Shown: positions 17,506 to 29,350, counted from the stretch's first letter. The stretch is 64,000 bases of DNA from an uncultured Gammaproteobacteria bacterium (GCA_964619625.1 CAZUFD010000003.1:30282-94281), one strand, 5' to 3'. Notes: generated by a model from the sequence alone, not told the origin. Translations and numbers: made by a program.

Positions 17506-19476
17506 TTAATTTAAGTATTTTTTCCCCCACCAGAGCAAGAAATCACGGGCAATTGGCTGGGAAGCGGTACTCCCTTCTTCACCCTCTTCTACAAGCACAG
17601 TCACTACAATTTGAGGGTCGTTTGCTGGAGCAAATGAAGTGAACCAGGCATGGTTATCTTTATTTGAATTCCACTGCGCCGTACCTGTTTTTCCGCCGCT
17701 TGCAAACGGCAGTACCCGCATAAGTCCGCAACTGCCGTATGCTACACAATCTTTCATCCCCTGGCGAACGATGCTTAAGTTCTCGGTAGAAACGGGTACG
17801 TCGTATTTTTTGAAATCTAAAGAGCTTTTAGTATGGGTTACGGGTTCTTCCAGTTGCAGACCCAAATGAGGTTGTATTACTTTACCGCCGTTTGCCACGG
17901 CCGCAGTCCATACGGCTACTTGGAGCGGCGTTACGAGTAAATCTCCCTGGCCAATGGAGATATTGTAGGTATCACCGACAAACCACTGCTCGCCCTTAGT
18001 TTTAAGTTTCCATTCTTTGCTTGGCAGAAAACCGGCAGCTTCTCCGGTTAAATCTATTTCAGTTTTTTTAGAAATTCCAAACGCAGTCATATACTTGGCA
18101 ATTCTATCAATCCCTAAGCCTACGAAATTTTTATATCCGCCGCCTACGTAGTAAAAAAAAGTATTTACTGACCAAGCTATGCCCTTATATACATTGGTAG
18201 TGCCATGACCGCCGGCTTTCCAATCTCTGAATATTCTATCTCCCAATTGTAATCCGCCCGTGCTTAAAAAGGCCGTGGTAGGAGTGATTATTTTTTCCTG
18301 CAAAGCCGCGGCGGCCACAACCAGCTTTATCGTAGAGCCGGATGGATACGTACCTCCGATAGCCCGATTAAACAGCGGATGATCGGTATTTTGAGTGTAC
18401 TGGCTATATTTTTTTTGAGTTATGCCTCCGGAAAAATCATTATTATCAAAGGCCGGCAGACTGACCATGGCCAAAATTGAACCGTCTCGTGGGTCCATAG
18501 CCATCGCCGCCGCGCGTTTCTTGCCTGTTTTTGCCAGCATGTTTTTTGTGAGCTCTTCCAATTTTTTTTGCGCTTCCAAATCAAGCGTTAAGATTAGATT
18601 TTTTCCCGGATGCGGCGGATCTTCGGCGAGCACGCTTTGTTCCCGGCCAATAGCGTTTACTTCCACCTTTTTAAGCCCGTATTTGCCGCGCAACGCGGAT
18701 TCGTAGCTTTTTTCGAGTCCAACTTTGCCGATATTATCAAATGGCAAGTATTCTTCCGTATCTTTTAGACCCTCTACTTCCTGATCATTTAATTTGCCTA
18801 AGTACCCAAGAAGGTGGGAAATACTTAGGTTGTGTTCCACAGTGCTTGTGGAAGAAATATATTGGCGTTTGCTGCCTTTTTCAATGGAAATACCGGGAAG
18901 TTGCGAGCTTTGGATGTATAACTTTAACGCGGATTCGTAGTCCAAGTTTTCTTTAATAACCAAAGAAGCGTAGCTGTAGGAACTGTATTTCTTTAACATT
19001 TCCGTAATTTGTTCTTCGGGTACGCCGCTTAAACTGACTACTTTCTCAATAACAGTTTTGCGTTTGCCGGCATTTCTAGGCAGATCTTGAGGGATCAAAG
19101 CTAGAGAAAAATTAGGCACATTTTCTACAAGCTCCGTATGGAATCTATCATAGATAATCCCCCGTTCCGAAAGAATTGGCCGCAACCTAATTCTATTCCC
19201 TTCGGCTAGATCGCGATAATAATCGCCTTTTACCGTTTGCAGATAAAACGTTTTGCCAAAAAGCATGCCAAGCCCGGCAACAACGACAAGCATCATAATA
19301 AAAATATTCTTTCGAGGAATGCTCGTGCCTAAGTATGTTTTGGTATGTGATAAGGAAATTTGTTTGCCGGTCTGGCGTTCAAAATTAAAAGACTCCTCAA
19401 CCCAGTTGTGGCTATACTTTCCATCCAAATCTCCACGTTGAATTTTTTCTTCGGAAATATCAAATATTTTTGCCAT
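17506..19476 (-). CDS. mrdA: penicillin-binding protein 2 (peptidoglycan D,D-transpeptidase)
   Basis: N-terminal TM, RGIIYDR dimerisation-domain motif, SGSTIK active site; adjacent to mreBCD. Confidence 0.85.
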   Translation of the reverse strand: MAKIFDISEEKIQRGDLDGKYSHNWVEESFNFERQTGKQISLSHTKTYLGTSIPRKNIFIMMLVVVAGLGMLFGKTFYLQTVKGDYYRDLAEGNRIRLRPILSERGIIYDRFHTELVENVPNFSLALIPQDLPRNAGKRKTVIEKVVSLSGVPEEQITEMLKKYSSYSYASLVIKENLDYESALKLYIQSSQLPGISIEKGSKRQYISSTSTVEHNLSISHLLGYLGKLNDQEVEGLKDTEEYLPFDNIGKVGLEKSYESALRGKYGLKKVEVNAIGREQSVLAEDPPHPGKNLILTLDLEAQKKLEELTKNMLAKTGKKRAAAMAMDPRDGSILAMVSLPAFDNNDFSGGITQKKYSQYTQNTDHPLFNRAIGGTYPSGSTIKLVVAAAALQEKIITPTTAFLSTGGLQLGDRIFRDWKAGGHGTTNVYKGIAWSVNTFFYYVGGGYKNFVGLGIDRIAKYMTAFGISKKTEIDLTGEAAGFLPSKEWKLKTKGEQWFVGDTYNISIGQGDLLVTPLQVAVWTAAVANGGKVIQPHLGLQLEEPVTHTKSSLDFKKYDVPVSTENLSIVRQGMKDCVAYGSCGLMRVLPFASGGKTGTAQWNSNKDNHAWFTSFAPANDPQIVVTVLVEEGEEGSTASQPIARDFLLWWGKKYLN

Positions 19477-20008
19477 ACATGCGCGCGTTTCTGGCCGAGG
19501 AGTGTAAATATTTTAAGAATTTTAAATCAAAAAGATACATCAAAAATAATAGAATTGAGGAAAGCAGCACCTCCCAGCCTGTATCTGCCAAAATTTCTTT
19601 ATATGGTAATCCGGGGAGATTGTAAAAGTAGTTATAGATCGTTAGGAGGAGTACAAATAATATGCGGTATAAGGTAATGCCCAAGATAGCGGACAGCAGT
19701 ATCATATATACCGAACGGTTGGTAAGGATATGAAGCTGAAACCAGTTAATTGTCAAAAGGCTAGCCAGGAGCGCGGAAGTGCCAATGCCGAACGGAATAC
19801 TGCTTAGTAGTTCCGAAAAGTATGATATAACGAGGCCTAGCCAAAAAATTTTCTTACTGGGGGCAACAATGAGTAATAACAACAAGACGACAAAAATAAT
19901 GTTGGTGTGGTTAAAAGGGTATGGCAAAAAATTAACGATAAATATATGCGTTGTCAGAATCAGGGTTACATATATACAAAGCATGATTGCTTTCCATACT
20001 ATCTTCAT
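19460..20008 (-). CDS. mreD: rod shape-determining protein MreD (polytopic membrane protein)
   Basis: Small hydrophobic protein between mreC and PBP2. Confidence 0.5.
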   Translation of the reverse strand: MKIVWKAIMLCIYVTLILTTHIFIVNFLPYPFNHTNIIFVVLLLLLIVAPSKKIFWLGLVISYFSELLSSIPFGIGTSALLASLLTINWFQLHILTNRSVYMILLSAILGITLYRILFVLLLTIYNYFYNLPGLPYKEILADTGWEVLLSSILLFLMYLFDLKFLKYLHSSARNARMYGKNI

Positions 20009-20020
20009 AGATGGGGAATA

Positions 20021-20821
20021 TTAGTTGGGTATCAGGATACTAACAATGGAGAGTTTGGAAAGATCGGTGCTGGGCGTAAGTACGGCTTGTTGAAACGGCT
20101 GGTAGGCTTCGTTCTCGGCTACAGCGACCTCGCCAATGAGCAAACCTCGGGGGATGTTTTGTTCCATTCCCGAAGTAATGATTTGGTCGCCAATAAGCAC
20201 GGTTTCGTTTCGAGGGATAAAATTCATGCGTATACTGAGTCCGTAACCGCCTTCTACAACTCCCAAACTGCCATCCTTATTTAAAATTGTGGCGGCAATC
20301 TTGCTTTGATTATCGTTAATCAGCCGCACCATGGAAATATGTTTTTCAACTTTGGCAATAGTGCCCACCAAAATCCCCTCTCCGGCAATGACAGGTTGGC
20401 CAATTTTTACCCCGGCCTCTTCGCCGGCAGTAATAATTATCATTTTTTCCACGCTGTCCGTGTTTCTTCCCACCACTTCCGCCATGACATGAGCAAAACT
20501 ACGTTCACTGAGAAAGTTTAATTGTTTTTTTAATTCGGCATTTTCTTGCTCCAGCACCTTTAATGTTGCTTTATCCACCTCGGAATTCTGATTTTTTTCT
20601 AAACATGTATTGTAATTATCCATGACAGTCTGTTTGTCGGCAACATATTTAAATGAATCTTGAAAAGCAAAACGCCAGCTGGTGATTTTGCTGGAGATGG
20701 GAATGATTACGGCTTGTACGCCGCGCTCTAAAAATTTTAACCACCCCAAATAATGGAAACCAATGAGCAGAGCTAAGATAAAACCTAAAAAAAAATAGTT
20801 TCTAACCTTAAAACGAAGCAT
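20021..20821 (-). CDS. mreC: rod shape-determining protein MreC
   Basis: N-terminal TM, coiled coil, beta-rich C-terminal domain; downstream of mreB. Confidence 0.75.
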   Translation of the reverse strand: MLRFKVRNYFFLGFILALLIGFHYLGWLKFLERGVQAVIIPISSKITSWRFAFQDSFKYVADKQTVMDNYNTCLEKNQNSEVDKATLKVLEQENAELKKQLNFLSERSFAHVMAEVVGRNTDSVEKMIIITAGEEAGVKIGQPVIAGEGILVGTIAKVEKHISMVRLINDNQSKIAATILNKDGSLGVVEGGYGLSIRMNFIPRNETVLIGDQIITSGMEQNIPRGLLIGEVAVAENEAYQPFQQAVLTPSTDLSKLSIVSILIPN

Positions 20822-20834
20822 ACGTTATGTTGAT

Positions 20835-21890
20835 TTATAGCGGTGACTGCCTTTGATTCTGATTTTTTATGGAGATTTCATTAAGCAACTCTTCTTCGTC
20901 AAGGAGTATGCCCGCGCCTCGCACCACCGAAGTAAGCGGATCATCAGCGATACGGACGGGAATTTCTACGGCTCTGGCAATAAGCTGGTCAAAACCTCGC
21001 AAGAGCGCGCCGCCGCCTGAAAGCACAATGCCCCGCTCATGAATATCGGCAACCAGTTCTGGCGGCGTAGTTTCCAAAACGCCTTTTATATTTTCAATAA
21101 TTGTTCTGAGAGATTTAGCGATCGCTTCACGAACTTGCGAATCATTGATCATCACTTCTTTTGGCAAACCGGAAACAAGATCGCGGCCGCGCATTGGGAA
21201 ATGCATTGGCTCATTTAATTCTATAGCTGAGCCAATTTTTATTTTTATTTCCTCGGCTTGTTTCTCGCCCAAGAGTAAATTAAAGTGATCGCGGGCATAC
21301 TGAATAATATTTCGGTTTAATTCATCTCCGGCTACGGGAATAGAGCGCCAGGTAACAATGCCGCTGAGTGAAATAACTGCGATCTCGGCCGTACCGCCGC
21401 CAATTTCTACGATAAAATTACCAATCGGTTCTCGGATTGGCATACGCGCGCCAATCGCCGCGGCCATAGGTTCCTGGATTACTATTACTTCCCTGGCACC
21501 GGCATTAGTGGCCGCGTCGGTAATGGCTTTTAATTCTACCTCGGTAATTTCCAGAGGCGCTCCAACCACGACGCGCGGGCGGGTCATAAAATTCATGTTG
21601 TCCTCGTATACTTTGTCAATAAAATACTTAAGCATTTTTTCCGTAACTTCAAAGTCGGAAATAATGCCGTTGATGAGCGGTCTGGTAGTGAGAATATGCG
21701 GCGGGGTTTTGCCTAACATTTCTTTAGCTTCGTTTCCCACAGCTAAAATTTGTTCGGTTTTAGTATTGACAGCCACGACACTCGGCTCGTTTATCACCAC
21801 TCCCCGGCCCTTAACATACACCAGCGTATTTGCGGTACCTAAATCAATGCCAATATCCTTTCTTAATTTTCCGAGCAAGCCTTCAAACAT
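20835..21890 (-). CDS. mreB: rod shape-determining protein MreB
   Basis: IGIDLGTANTLVYVKGRGVVINEPSVVAV actin-fold signature. Confidence 0.95.
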   Translation of the reverse strand: MFEGLLGKLRKDIGIDLGTANTLVYVKGRGVVINEPSVVAVNTKTEQILAVGNEAKEMLGKTPPHILTTRPLINGIISDFEVTEKMLKYFIDKVYEDNMNFMTRPRVVVGAPLEITEVELKAITDAATNAGAREVIVIQEPMAAAIGARMPIREPIGNFIVEIGGGTAEIAVISLSGIVTWRSIPVAGDELNRNIIQYARDHFNLLLGEKQAEEIKIKIGSAIELNEPMHFPMRGRDLVSGLPKEVMINDSQVREAIAKSLRTIIENIKGVLETTPPELVADIHERGIVLSGGGALLRGFDQLIARAVEIPVRIADDPLTSVVRGAGILLDEEELLNEISIKNQNQRQSPL

Positions 21891-21904
21891 ACGTTGTTGT
21901 AATT

Positions 21905-22294
21905 CTATCTATTAGTATATTTTCGGTTGGTAAAAATTATTCCTTCTATAGCGATAAAAATTAGAATTAGCAAAATCGCGCTCCACCAGGCAAATAAATC
22001 TATTTGTAGTAAAAATAACCCGGCCACGATGATTCCGGCCACAAGCATTCCCTGTCTGAATGTGGACTTCACATGGTGAAAAACAACCTGGTCATCCTTA
22101 AGGATTATTTTTTTGATAAGGAACCCCATGACGGAAAATGTGCCGGCCAGAGCCAGGAAAAGACTGCAATAAAAAAATAAAAAACCAAAAAATCCGGCTT
22201 GGGTGGGGTCTGTGCTGTTTAAGACAAAGAACCAAGCCAACCAACAGATAAACGCCCCAATAGACATTAAAATTAGGTAATATCGCAGGGTCAT
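21905..22294 (-). CDS. hypothetical 4-TM membrane protein
   Basis: Four hydrophobic helices, no known motif. Confidence 0.5.
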   Translation of the reverse strand: MTLRYYLILMSIGAFICWLAWFFVLNSTDPTQAGFFGFLFFYCSLFLALAGTFSVMGFLIKKIILKDDQVVFHHVKSTFRQGMLVAGIIVAGLFLLQIDLFAWWSAILLILIFIAIEGIIFTNRKYTNR

Positions 22295-22388
22295 AGTGTG
22301 TTACGGGTCGGGCTTGAGTAGACACTACCCGACCTGATTCTGATGAATCAATTTTAGCTGTGTTTTGCCGGTTTGGCAAGTCGCCTAG

Positions 22389-22682
22389 TTAAAATAGATA
22401 CCGCACCTTTTCTATGCTTTGCACGCCCAATTTATTGTTTGCGAGGGCTACGATTTTTTTCTCATGTAAGCGTATTTCCTGGGCCATTACCGAGCTGAGG
22501 CAAGTTATGGCAATGGTTTTATCTTTAAAATAAACAGCCTGAGCGAATTTCTTCGCGTTAACCCCGAATAATTCCCGTATGACTTCGTTTGCTTTTTCTA
22601 CAACAAATGTCGCAGCCACTTGTTTGCCGACCGGTGTTTGTCCCATGTGTTTTTTTAAAATTTCTCCCAAAGATTTCATGGC
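22389..22682 (-). CDS. DUF721/DciA-like small protein
   Basis: MKSLGEILKKHMG...VGKQ motif family; internal start chosen to avoid overlap with helicase gene. Confidence 0.6.
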   Translation of the reverse strand, partial: AMKSLGEILKKHMGQTPVGKQVAATFVVEKANEVIRELFGVNAKKFAQAVYFKDKTIAITCLSSVMAQEIRLHEKKIVALANNKLGVQSIEKVRYLF

Positions 22683-22710
22683 CATACAAAATCGTATAAA
22701 TAATTTTAAT

Positions 22711-25680
22711 TTAAGCTCTAAATTGACAAATATCTCTAAAATCACAGCGTTTGCAAACATGAGGGCTCGGCGTGGCGGTGAAATCCTGCGAATTTATCTG
22801 ATCAATGGCCGTAACAACTTTTTCTTTTAGTTTTTCTATGTCTTTTTCATTTCCTAAAAAGGAAACTTTTAAATTATCGTTGAGATAAAAATACGTGAGA
22901 CGTTCCGGCGCGCCGATGTTTTTATATTCCGGCAGTTCATTCACTGCTATTTGGTAAAGCAATAATTGGTCCTTATCTTCGCTCTCAAGTTTTTCTTTGC
23001 CATTTCCAGTCTTGTAATCTATAATTTCCAGCTGTCCGTTTGGAAGTTGGTCTATCCTGTCAATGCGGCCATTTACCAAATAATTTCCGATTTTTATTTT
23101 AAACCATCCTTCCAGAGAAATTGGAATGGTCCAATTATCCTTTTCGGTATTATAAAAGGTCTGTAGAATTTCTTTGCCCAGTTTATAATATTCCTCTCGT
23201 TGCGCTTTGCTTTTATACCAATCATCAATCCAAGCCGCTTCATAAAAATTTAACAACTCCTGCAAACTTGGCGCTTTTACACCATTGCTTGATGGCTCCA
23301 CTTTTTCCGGCAGAGCAAATAATGATGTTTGTGTAGCCCTATTTAAGTCTTTTAATCGTTCATAAAATTTTTGTAAGGCAGAGTGGATGCTTTGGCCAAA
23401 ACTGAAGCTGGCGTTGCCTTTGGTGGGGATTTTCAAAACATGCGCCAATTTATATTGATACGGACACGTGCGATAGGATTTTATTTGGGAAAAAGAAAAA
23501 ACTTTTGGTAGTTCGTAAATAAATTCGCCCTTTTCATTATTTTTAATGGGGGCCGATAGGCTTAGGCTTTCTTCGTTTCCGCCCGAGGCGGATCGGCCTT
23601 GGGCCGAAAATCCTAATTCAGGCAGAAAACGGGAAATTTTTTTTGTTCTTACGCCGCCATAATCATCGGCGCTGGTTAGATATAATCGTTCTTTGGCTCT
23701 GGTCATGGCCACATAAAACAACCTACGCTCTTCTTGATAATGACCATCGCCGCTTGGCAGCTGTTCTTTAATAAGCGCGGCCGGAATTTCTATCGGTTCG
23801 CCGCGGCGGCGTCCGGGAAACCTGTCTTCTACCAAGTTCACGACAAAAACATATTTAAATTCCAACCCTTTGGATTTATGCACCGTAATGATATTTACCG
23901 AATCGGGAGTTTCGGTTGGTTGATACATGGCGCCTAAATCACCGGATTCCATGATGTAGTTTAAGTGCTCTAAGAAACCCGCGACATGCGCTCCGGGCGT
24001 GGAATTTTCAAAGCCGCTCATATATTCAAAAAATTCTTTCAGCTGGTAAATTTGCCGAATGACTTCCCTGTTTTGATCTACTTCCTCTTTGGCTAAATAT
24101 TCCAGCAGGCCGCTATCCTGAAGAAAATGAAAAAGTACGGTAGTGGGTTTCTCATTTTTGGCATTCTGCATTCCCGCATGGATAACAGTTAATAATTTGT
24201 CTGCGGCGGCGATGCCATTTGGCGACAAACCAAACTCTACCGCTCGTTTTAAGGCTTCATAGAAAGAAATACTTTTCCTTTTCGCGTTAAAAGTTATTTT
24301 TTGAATATCGTGGTCATCTAATTTCCAGATCGGCATCAGCAGCAATCGGAAAATCGCGCTTGATTCCCGATAATTATCCAGCAGTTTAAAAAAATTGAGG
24401 CAGTCCAGCACCAGTGGTTGGCGATACAAGCCTGACGCCGCCAGAAATTCGTATGGTATCCCCGCCTTTTCCAGCGCCGAAATAAATGGTTCGCTATGGT
24501 TATTGGCACGCACCAGGATTGCAAAATCATCCCAGGTCGCTTCTGTATCCGTATCTTTTATTTTTTTTATTTCTTCAATGACCGAATGTACTTCTTGATC
24601 GAGTGTGGCAGCGTGCAGATGGACAACTTTTTCCTTGTTGTATAAGGGATCCTTCGGCGCCAGCTCAGGATGACTAGCGCGGCTAGTCAGTTTTTTATTT
24701 ACTTGCAATTTTATTTCCAGCCTGTCCGGATTATTATTTTGTATTAATTTATACGCGCTATTCAAAATTTCCTGGCGGGAACGATAATTTTCATTAAGTA
24801 CAATCTCTTGGGCTTTGGGAAAATCATCTTTGAACCGTAAAATATTAGACACCGAAGCGCCTCTAAACGCATAGATACTCTGATCATCGTCGCCTACTAC
24901 CGTAAGCTGTGAATTTGAACCCGTAAGAAGCCGTACCAATTGATACTGCGCCCAATTTACATCCTGAAATTCATCCACCAAAATATATTTGAATCTATTT
25001 TGAAGCAGTTTCAAAATTGCCGGACGTTCTTTTAATAATTTAATGGTATAGAAAATAAGATCGGCAAAATCCAGATAATTATTGTCCAAAAGTAGTTGAT
25101 TGTAAACATGATAGGCGTTTGCAAGTTCAGCCAAGCGATTTTTTTCTTCAATTTCCGCGTTGTCCGTATCGGCTTGCAACTCTTGAACATAACGCAAATA
25201 ATCGGCCGGTGTAATTAATTCGTCCTTGCATTTTTGAAAATGAGAAATGAGGGCATGGATATGACTCGTCGGATTTCCAAGCGAACGATAATAATCCAAG
25301 TTAAATGTATCCAAATTTTGCCGTACCAGCAGCCAGGCATCTACTTCGGTAAGCAGCTTAAATTTATTGCTGATACCGATATCTAACCCATATTCCTCTA
25401 AAATTTTCTGACAAAAGGAGTGAAACGTGGAGATTTGCAAATCTACATAACCAATCCCTACCTCCGCGTCCACCCTATCAAACATCTCTGCCGCGGCTTT
25501 TTCGGTAAACGTGAGCGCCAAAATTTCACTGGTCTTGGCCAGCTTATTTTGTAGAATATGCAACATTTTTTGAGTAATTACCGTGGTTTTACCGGTACCT
25601 GCGCCCGCGACAATAATAAGTGGTCCAGATACGTATTCTACCGCCTGTTTCTGCGAAGGGTTTAGTTTATAATTAGCCAT
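22711..25680 (-). CDS. UvrD/PcrA-family helicase fused to C-terminal RecB/Cas4-like Fe-S PD-(D/E)XK nuclease
   Basis: Walker A GAGTGKT; helicase motifs; C-terminal EIIDYKTG nuclease motif with Cys quartet (CPYQY...CKRCDFRDIC). Confidence 0.85.
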   Translation of the reverse strand: MANYKLNPSQKQAVEYVSGPLIIVAGAGTGKTTVITQKMLHILQNKLAKTSEILALTFTEKAAAEMFDRVDAEVGIGYVDLQISTFHSFCQKILEEYGLDIGISNKFKLLTEVDAWLLVRQNLDTFNLDYYRSLGNPTSHIHALISHFQKCKDELITPADYLRYVQELQADTDNAEIEEKNRLAELANAYHVYNQLLLDNNYLDFADLIFYTIKLLKERPAILKLLQNRFKYILVDEFQDVNWAQYQLVRLLTGSNSQLTVVGDDDQSIYAFRGASVSNILRFKDDFPKAQEIVLNENYRSRQEILNSAYKLIQNNNPDRLEIKLQVNKKLTSRASHPELAPKDPLYNKEKVVHLHAATLDQEVHSVIEEIKKIKDTDTEATWDDFAILVRANNHSEPFISALEKAGIPYEFLAASGLYRQPLVLDCLNFFKLLDNYRESSAIFRLLLMPIWKLDDHDIQKITFNAKRKSISFYEALKRAVEFGLSPNGIAAADKLLTVIHAGMQNAKNEKPTTVLFHFLQDSGLLEYLAKEEVDQNREVIRQIYQLKEFFEYMSGFENSTPGAHVAGFLEHLNYIMESGDLGAMYQPTETPDSVNIITVHKSKGLEFKYVFVVNLVEDRFPGRRRGEPIEIPAALIKEQLPSGDGHYQEERRLFYVAMTRAKERLYLTSADDYGGVRTKKISRFLPELGFSAQGRSASGGNEESLSLSAPIKNNEKGEFIYELPKVFSFSQIKSYRTCPYQYKLAHVLKIPTKGNASFSFGQSIHSALQKFYERLKDLNRATQTSLFALPEKVEPSSNGVKAPSLQELLNFYEAAWIDDWYKSKAQREEYYKLGKEILQTFYNTEKDNWTIPISLEGWFKIKIGNYLVNGRIDRIDQLPNGQLEIIDYKTGNGKEKLESEDKDQLLLYQIAVNELPEYKNIGAPERLTYFYLNDNLKVSFLGNEKDIEKLKEKVVTAIDQINSQDFTATPSPHVCKRCDFRDICQFRA

Positions 25681-25759
25681 ATCTTCTATCTGTTTAGCAC
25701 AATAAAAACAGCCTTTTGGCTGTGTTTATTATAATTTAACTACGTTTTTTTGACAATCT

Positions 25760-25894
25760 TTACCCCCGTTTATCAATACATTCACAACCGCAGCTTTCAT
25801 CACAACCGCAACAACGCACGCATACACTTTCGTTACACAAGCAAGCATCATTCATTTCCTCCAGCATAGTCCTACATTGTTGGCATTTTTCCAT
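25760..25894 (-). CDS. candidate Cys-rich peptide (44 aa, 11 Cys)
   Basis: MEKCQQCRTMLEEMNDACLCNESVCVRCCGCDESCGCECIDKRG; same strand as flanking genes; no obvious SD; hairpin at about 25705-25730. Confidence 0.3.
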   Translation of the reverse strand: MEKCQQCRTMLEEMNDACLCNESVCVRCCGCDESCGCECIDKRG

Positions 25895-25993
25895 AATTTT
25901 TAATGTTGAGCCAAGTATGAAAATGTGTTTTCATGCTTGCGAGACATTCTAAAATTAGCAAGCTCGGCTTCTAATTTTTAATATTAAGTTTGT

Positions 25994-26542
25994 TTATAGT
26001 TTTATTTTTGCTTTATCATTTTTAATAAAAATATCGCCTACGTCATAATTCATTTTTTGTGGTTGTTGTTCCGGTCTGTATAAAACAACCCGCACATCCA
26101 TTTTTGATAGTTTTATTTCTGAATTATATTGACTTGTTTTCTGTAATGATAAATCCTGCATAGCATGATAATAAGCGATCTGTTCTTTGTCAAGGTTTTG
26201 CAATGGCATCCCTGAAGCTCCAAATATCACTACCCCGCCTTCTTTCTCATACATACGCTGCAGTGTTTTTAAGGTAGGTAATAAATTTGGCTCTATAAAA
26301 CCGCTTGTATCATTTGTAATGATGGTAGGAATTTTTTCCAAAAAAAGTCCTTGGGCAAGCTGCGCGCTAAAATATGATTTTCCCACATTTGCATCGTCAA
26401 GATCCAGTCCCCCCACCGCCACGGCAACATACTTTTGAGATTCAAGCAGATCTTTAATACGACGCGCAGTTTCTTTCAAAGCATCCTCAAAAGAGAACTC
26501 TTTTACCTCTTTGAATTTCTCATGGGAATTGCCTGTTTCCAT
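25994..26542 (-). CDS. hypothetical protein (possible degenerate P-loop-like fold)
   Basis: VAVAVGGLDLDDANVGKS motif; immediately downstream of atpC; internal start chosen to avoid overlap. Confidence 0.5.
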   Translation of the reverse strand: METGNSHEKFKEVKEFSFEDALKETARRIKDLLESQKYVAVAVGGLDLDDANVGKSYFSAQLAQGLFLEKIPTIITNDTSGFIEPNLLPTLKTLQRMYEKEGGVVIFGASGMPLQNLDKEQIAYYHAMQDLSLQKTSQYNSEIKLSKMDVRVVLYRPEQQPQKMNYDVGDIFIKNDKAKIKL

Positions 26543-26543
26543 A

Positions 26544-26966
26544 TTATGGTAATTTACGATATTTTCTAGCAACTTTCATTTTATTTAATTCCCTATTTAT
26601 TACCGCTTGTAATTTTGCGTAATCAACATCCTGGGCATTCTTTAGATTTGCCATTTGTTCTTCGGCCCTTACGCGCGCTTCCTCGGCTTTATCTATATCT
26701 ATTTCGGCCACTCTCTGCGCGTGGTCGGCTAAAATTACAATTTCATTTTTGCCTCTTACTTCCAAAAATCCTCCGGAAACTGCCATTTGCTGCTCACCTT
26801 CTTTATCTTTGAATTTTAATTCACCGGCTTTAAGGACGGAAATAAGCGGAATGTGGTTTGGAAGAACTGTAATTTCACCCTCCATGGTAGGAATGGTAAC
26901 TTGATAAATTTCATTCTCGTAAATTGTTTTTTCCGGCGTTACGATTTTGAACTTGAGCATAATCAA
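26544..26966 (-). CDS. atpC: F-type ATP synthase epsilon subunit
   Basis: Beta-sandwich plus helical hairpin sequence, position after atpD. Confidence 0.9.
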   Translation of the reverse strand: MIMLKFKIVTPEKTIYENEIYQVTIPTMEGEITVLPNHIPLISVLKAGELKFKDKEGEQQMAVSGGFLEVRGKNEIVILADHAQRVAEIDIDKAEEARVRAEEQMANLKNAQDVDYAKLQAVINRELNKMKVARKYRKLP

Positions 26967-26971
26967 TTATT

Positions 26972-28369
<1,398 letters not shown>

Positions 28370-28392
28370 TTAATGGATTAATAAGCGAGAAT

Positions 28393-29349
28393 TTATTCCA
28401 GTGCCGCCGCACCACCCGCAATTTCTGCGATTTCTTGGGTGATGCCGGCTTGTCTGGCTTTGTTATAGGTTAAGCTTAGTTCGTGAATCATATCTTTGGC
28501 TGCTTCGCTGGCGTTTTTCATGGCCACCATGCGGCTGCTATGTTCACTGGCCGAAGATTCTAGCATGGTTTGATAAATTTGTGTTTCTACGAGTCGCGGC
28601 AGAATTATTTTTAAAACATCTAATTTGTTTGGTTCAAATAAATAATCGTTTAAATTTGTCCCGATTTCGCTTTGGCGCGAAATCGAGGATGCTCGACTTT
28701 GTTGCGACAAAGTCGGCATTTTCTCAGCTCCTTCTTCTGTGTCAAATAAAGTTTTTTCCAAATCGGTTTCAGAAATTGGCAGAACTTGTCGTAGTTTTGC
28801 TGTTTGCACGAGCGCCGATTTAAAATCCGTATAAGCGACAATTACTTTGTCGTAAGATTTATTTTCATAGGCATCTATTATCATTTTGGCAATGGGTAGC
28901 GCGTCATCAAAATTTGGCGTGTCAGTCATGTTAGTAAAAGCGGCGGTAAGGTTATAACCCATTTTTTTGGCAAAGTCCGCGCCTTTTTTGCCGATGCCAA
29001 TAACATCCACCCCTGCTTTTTCCCTCGTCATTTGCAAAGCTGTTTTTTTAATTATATTGGCATTAAAACTGCCGCACAATCCCCTGTTAGAGGTGATTAT
29101 AATCATCAGAATTTTTTCTACTGGTCTGGTGGCTAACAGTGGCATTTGCTCTTTCTGAGTTTTGGACAAATTAACCAAAAGTTCCCAAGCCAAAGTAGCA
29201 TAGGCGCGAGTGTCCAGAGCGGCATTTACAGCCTTTCGCATTTTGGCCGCCGCGATCATTTCCATAGCCTTAGTGATCTTTTTGGTACTGGCAATGGATT
29301 TTAAGCGGCGTTTAATTACTTTTGTGTTAATGGCCATACGTATAAACAA
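28393..29349 (-). CDS. atpG: F-type ATP synthase gamma subunit
   Basis: IKRRLKSIASTKKITKAMEMIAAAKMRKA N-terminus. Confidence 0.9.
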   Translation of the reverse strand: MFIRMAINTKVIKRRLKSIASTKKITKAMEMIAAAKMRKAVNAALDTRAYATLAWELLVNLSKTQKEQMPLLATRPVEKILMIIITSNRGLCGSFNANIIKKTALQMTREKAGVDVIGIGKKGADFAKKMGYNLTAAFTNMTDTPNFDDALPIAKMIIDAYENKSYDKVIVAYTDFKSALVQTAKLRQVLPISETDLEKTLFDTEEGAEKMPTLSQQSRASSISRQSEIGTNLNDYLFEPNKLDVLKIILPRLVETQIYQTMLESSASEHSSRMVAMKNASEAAKDMIHELSLTYNKARQAGITQEIAEIAGGAAALE

Positions 29350-29350
29350 T

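Noticed and set aside
21358-21915. 185-aa plus-strand ORF
   Set aside because: Lies entirely antisense within mreB, whose identity is unambiguous.
25705-25730. Hairpin AAACAGCC-TTTTG-GCTGTGTTT as terminator of the helicase gene
   Set aside because: It lies upstream (5') of the minus-strand helicase start, so it cannot terminate it. It may instead terminate the candidate Cys-rich peptide gene or be bidirectional.
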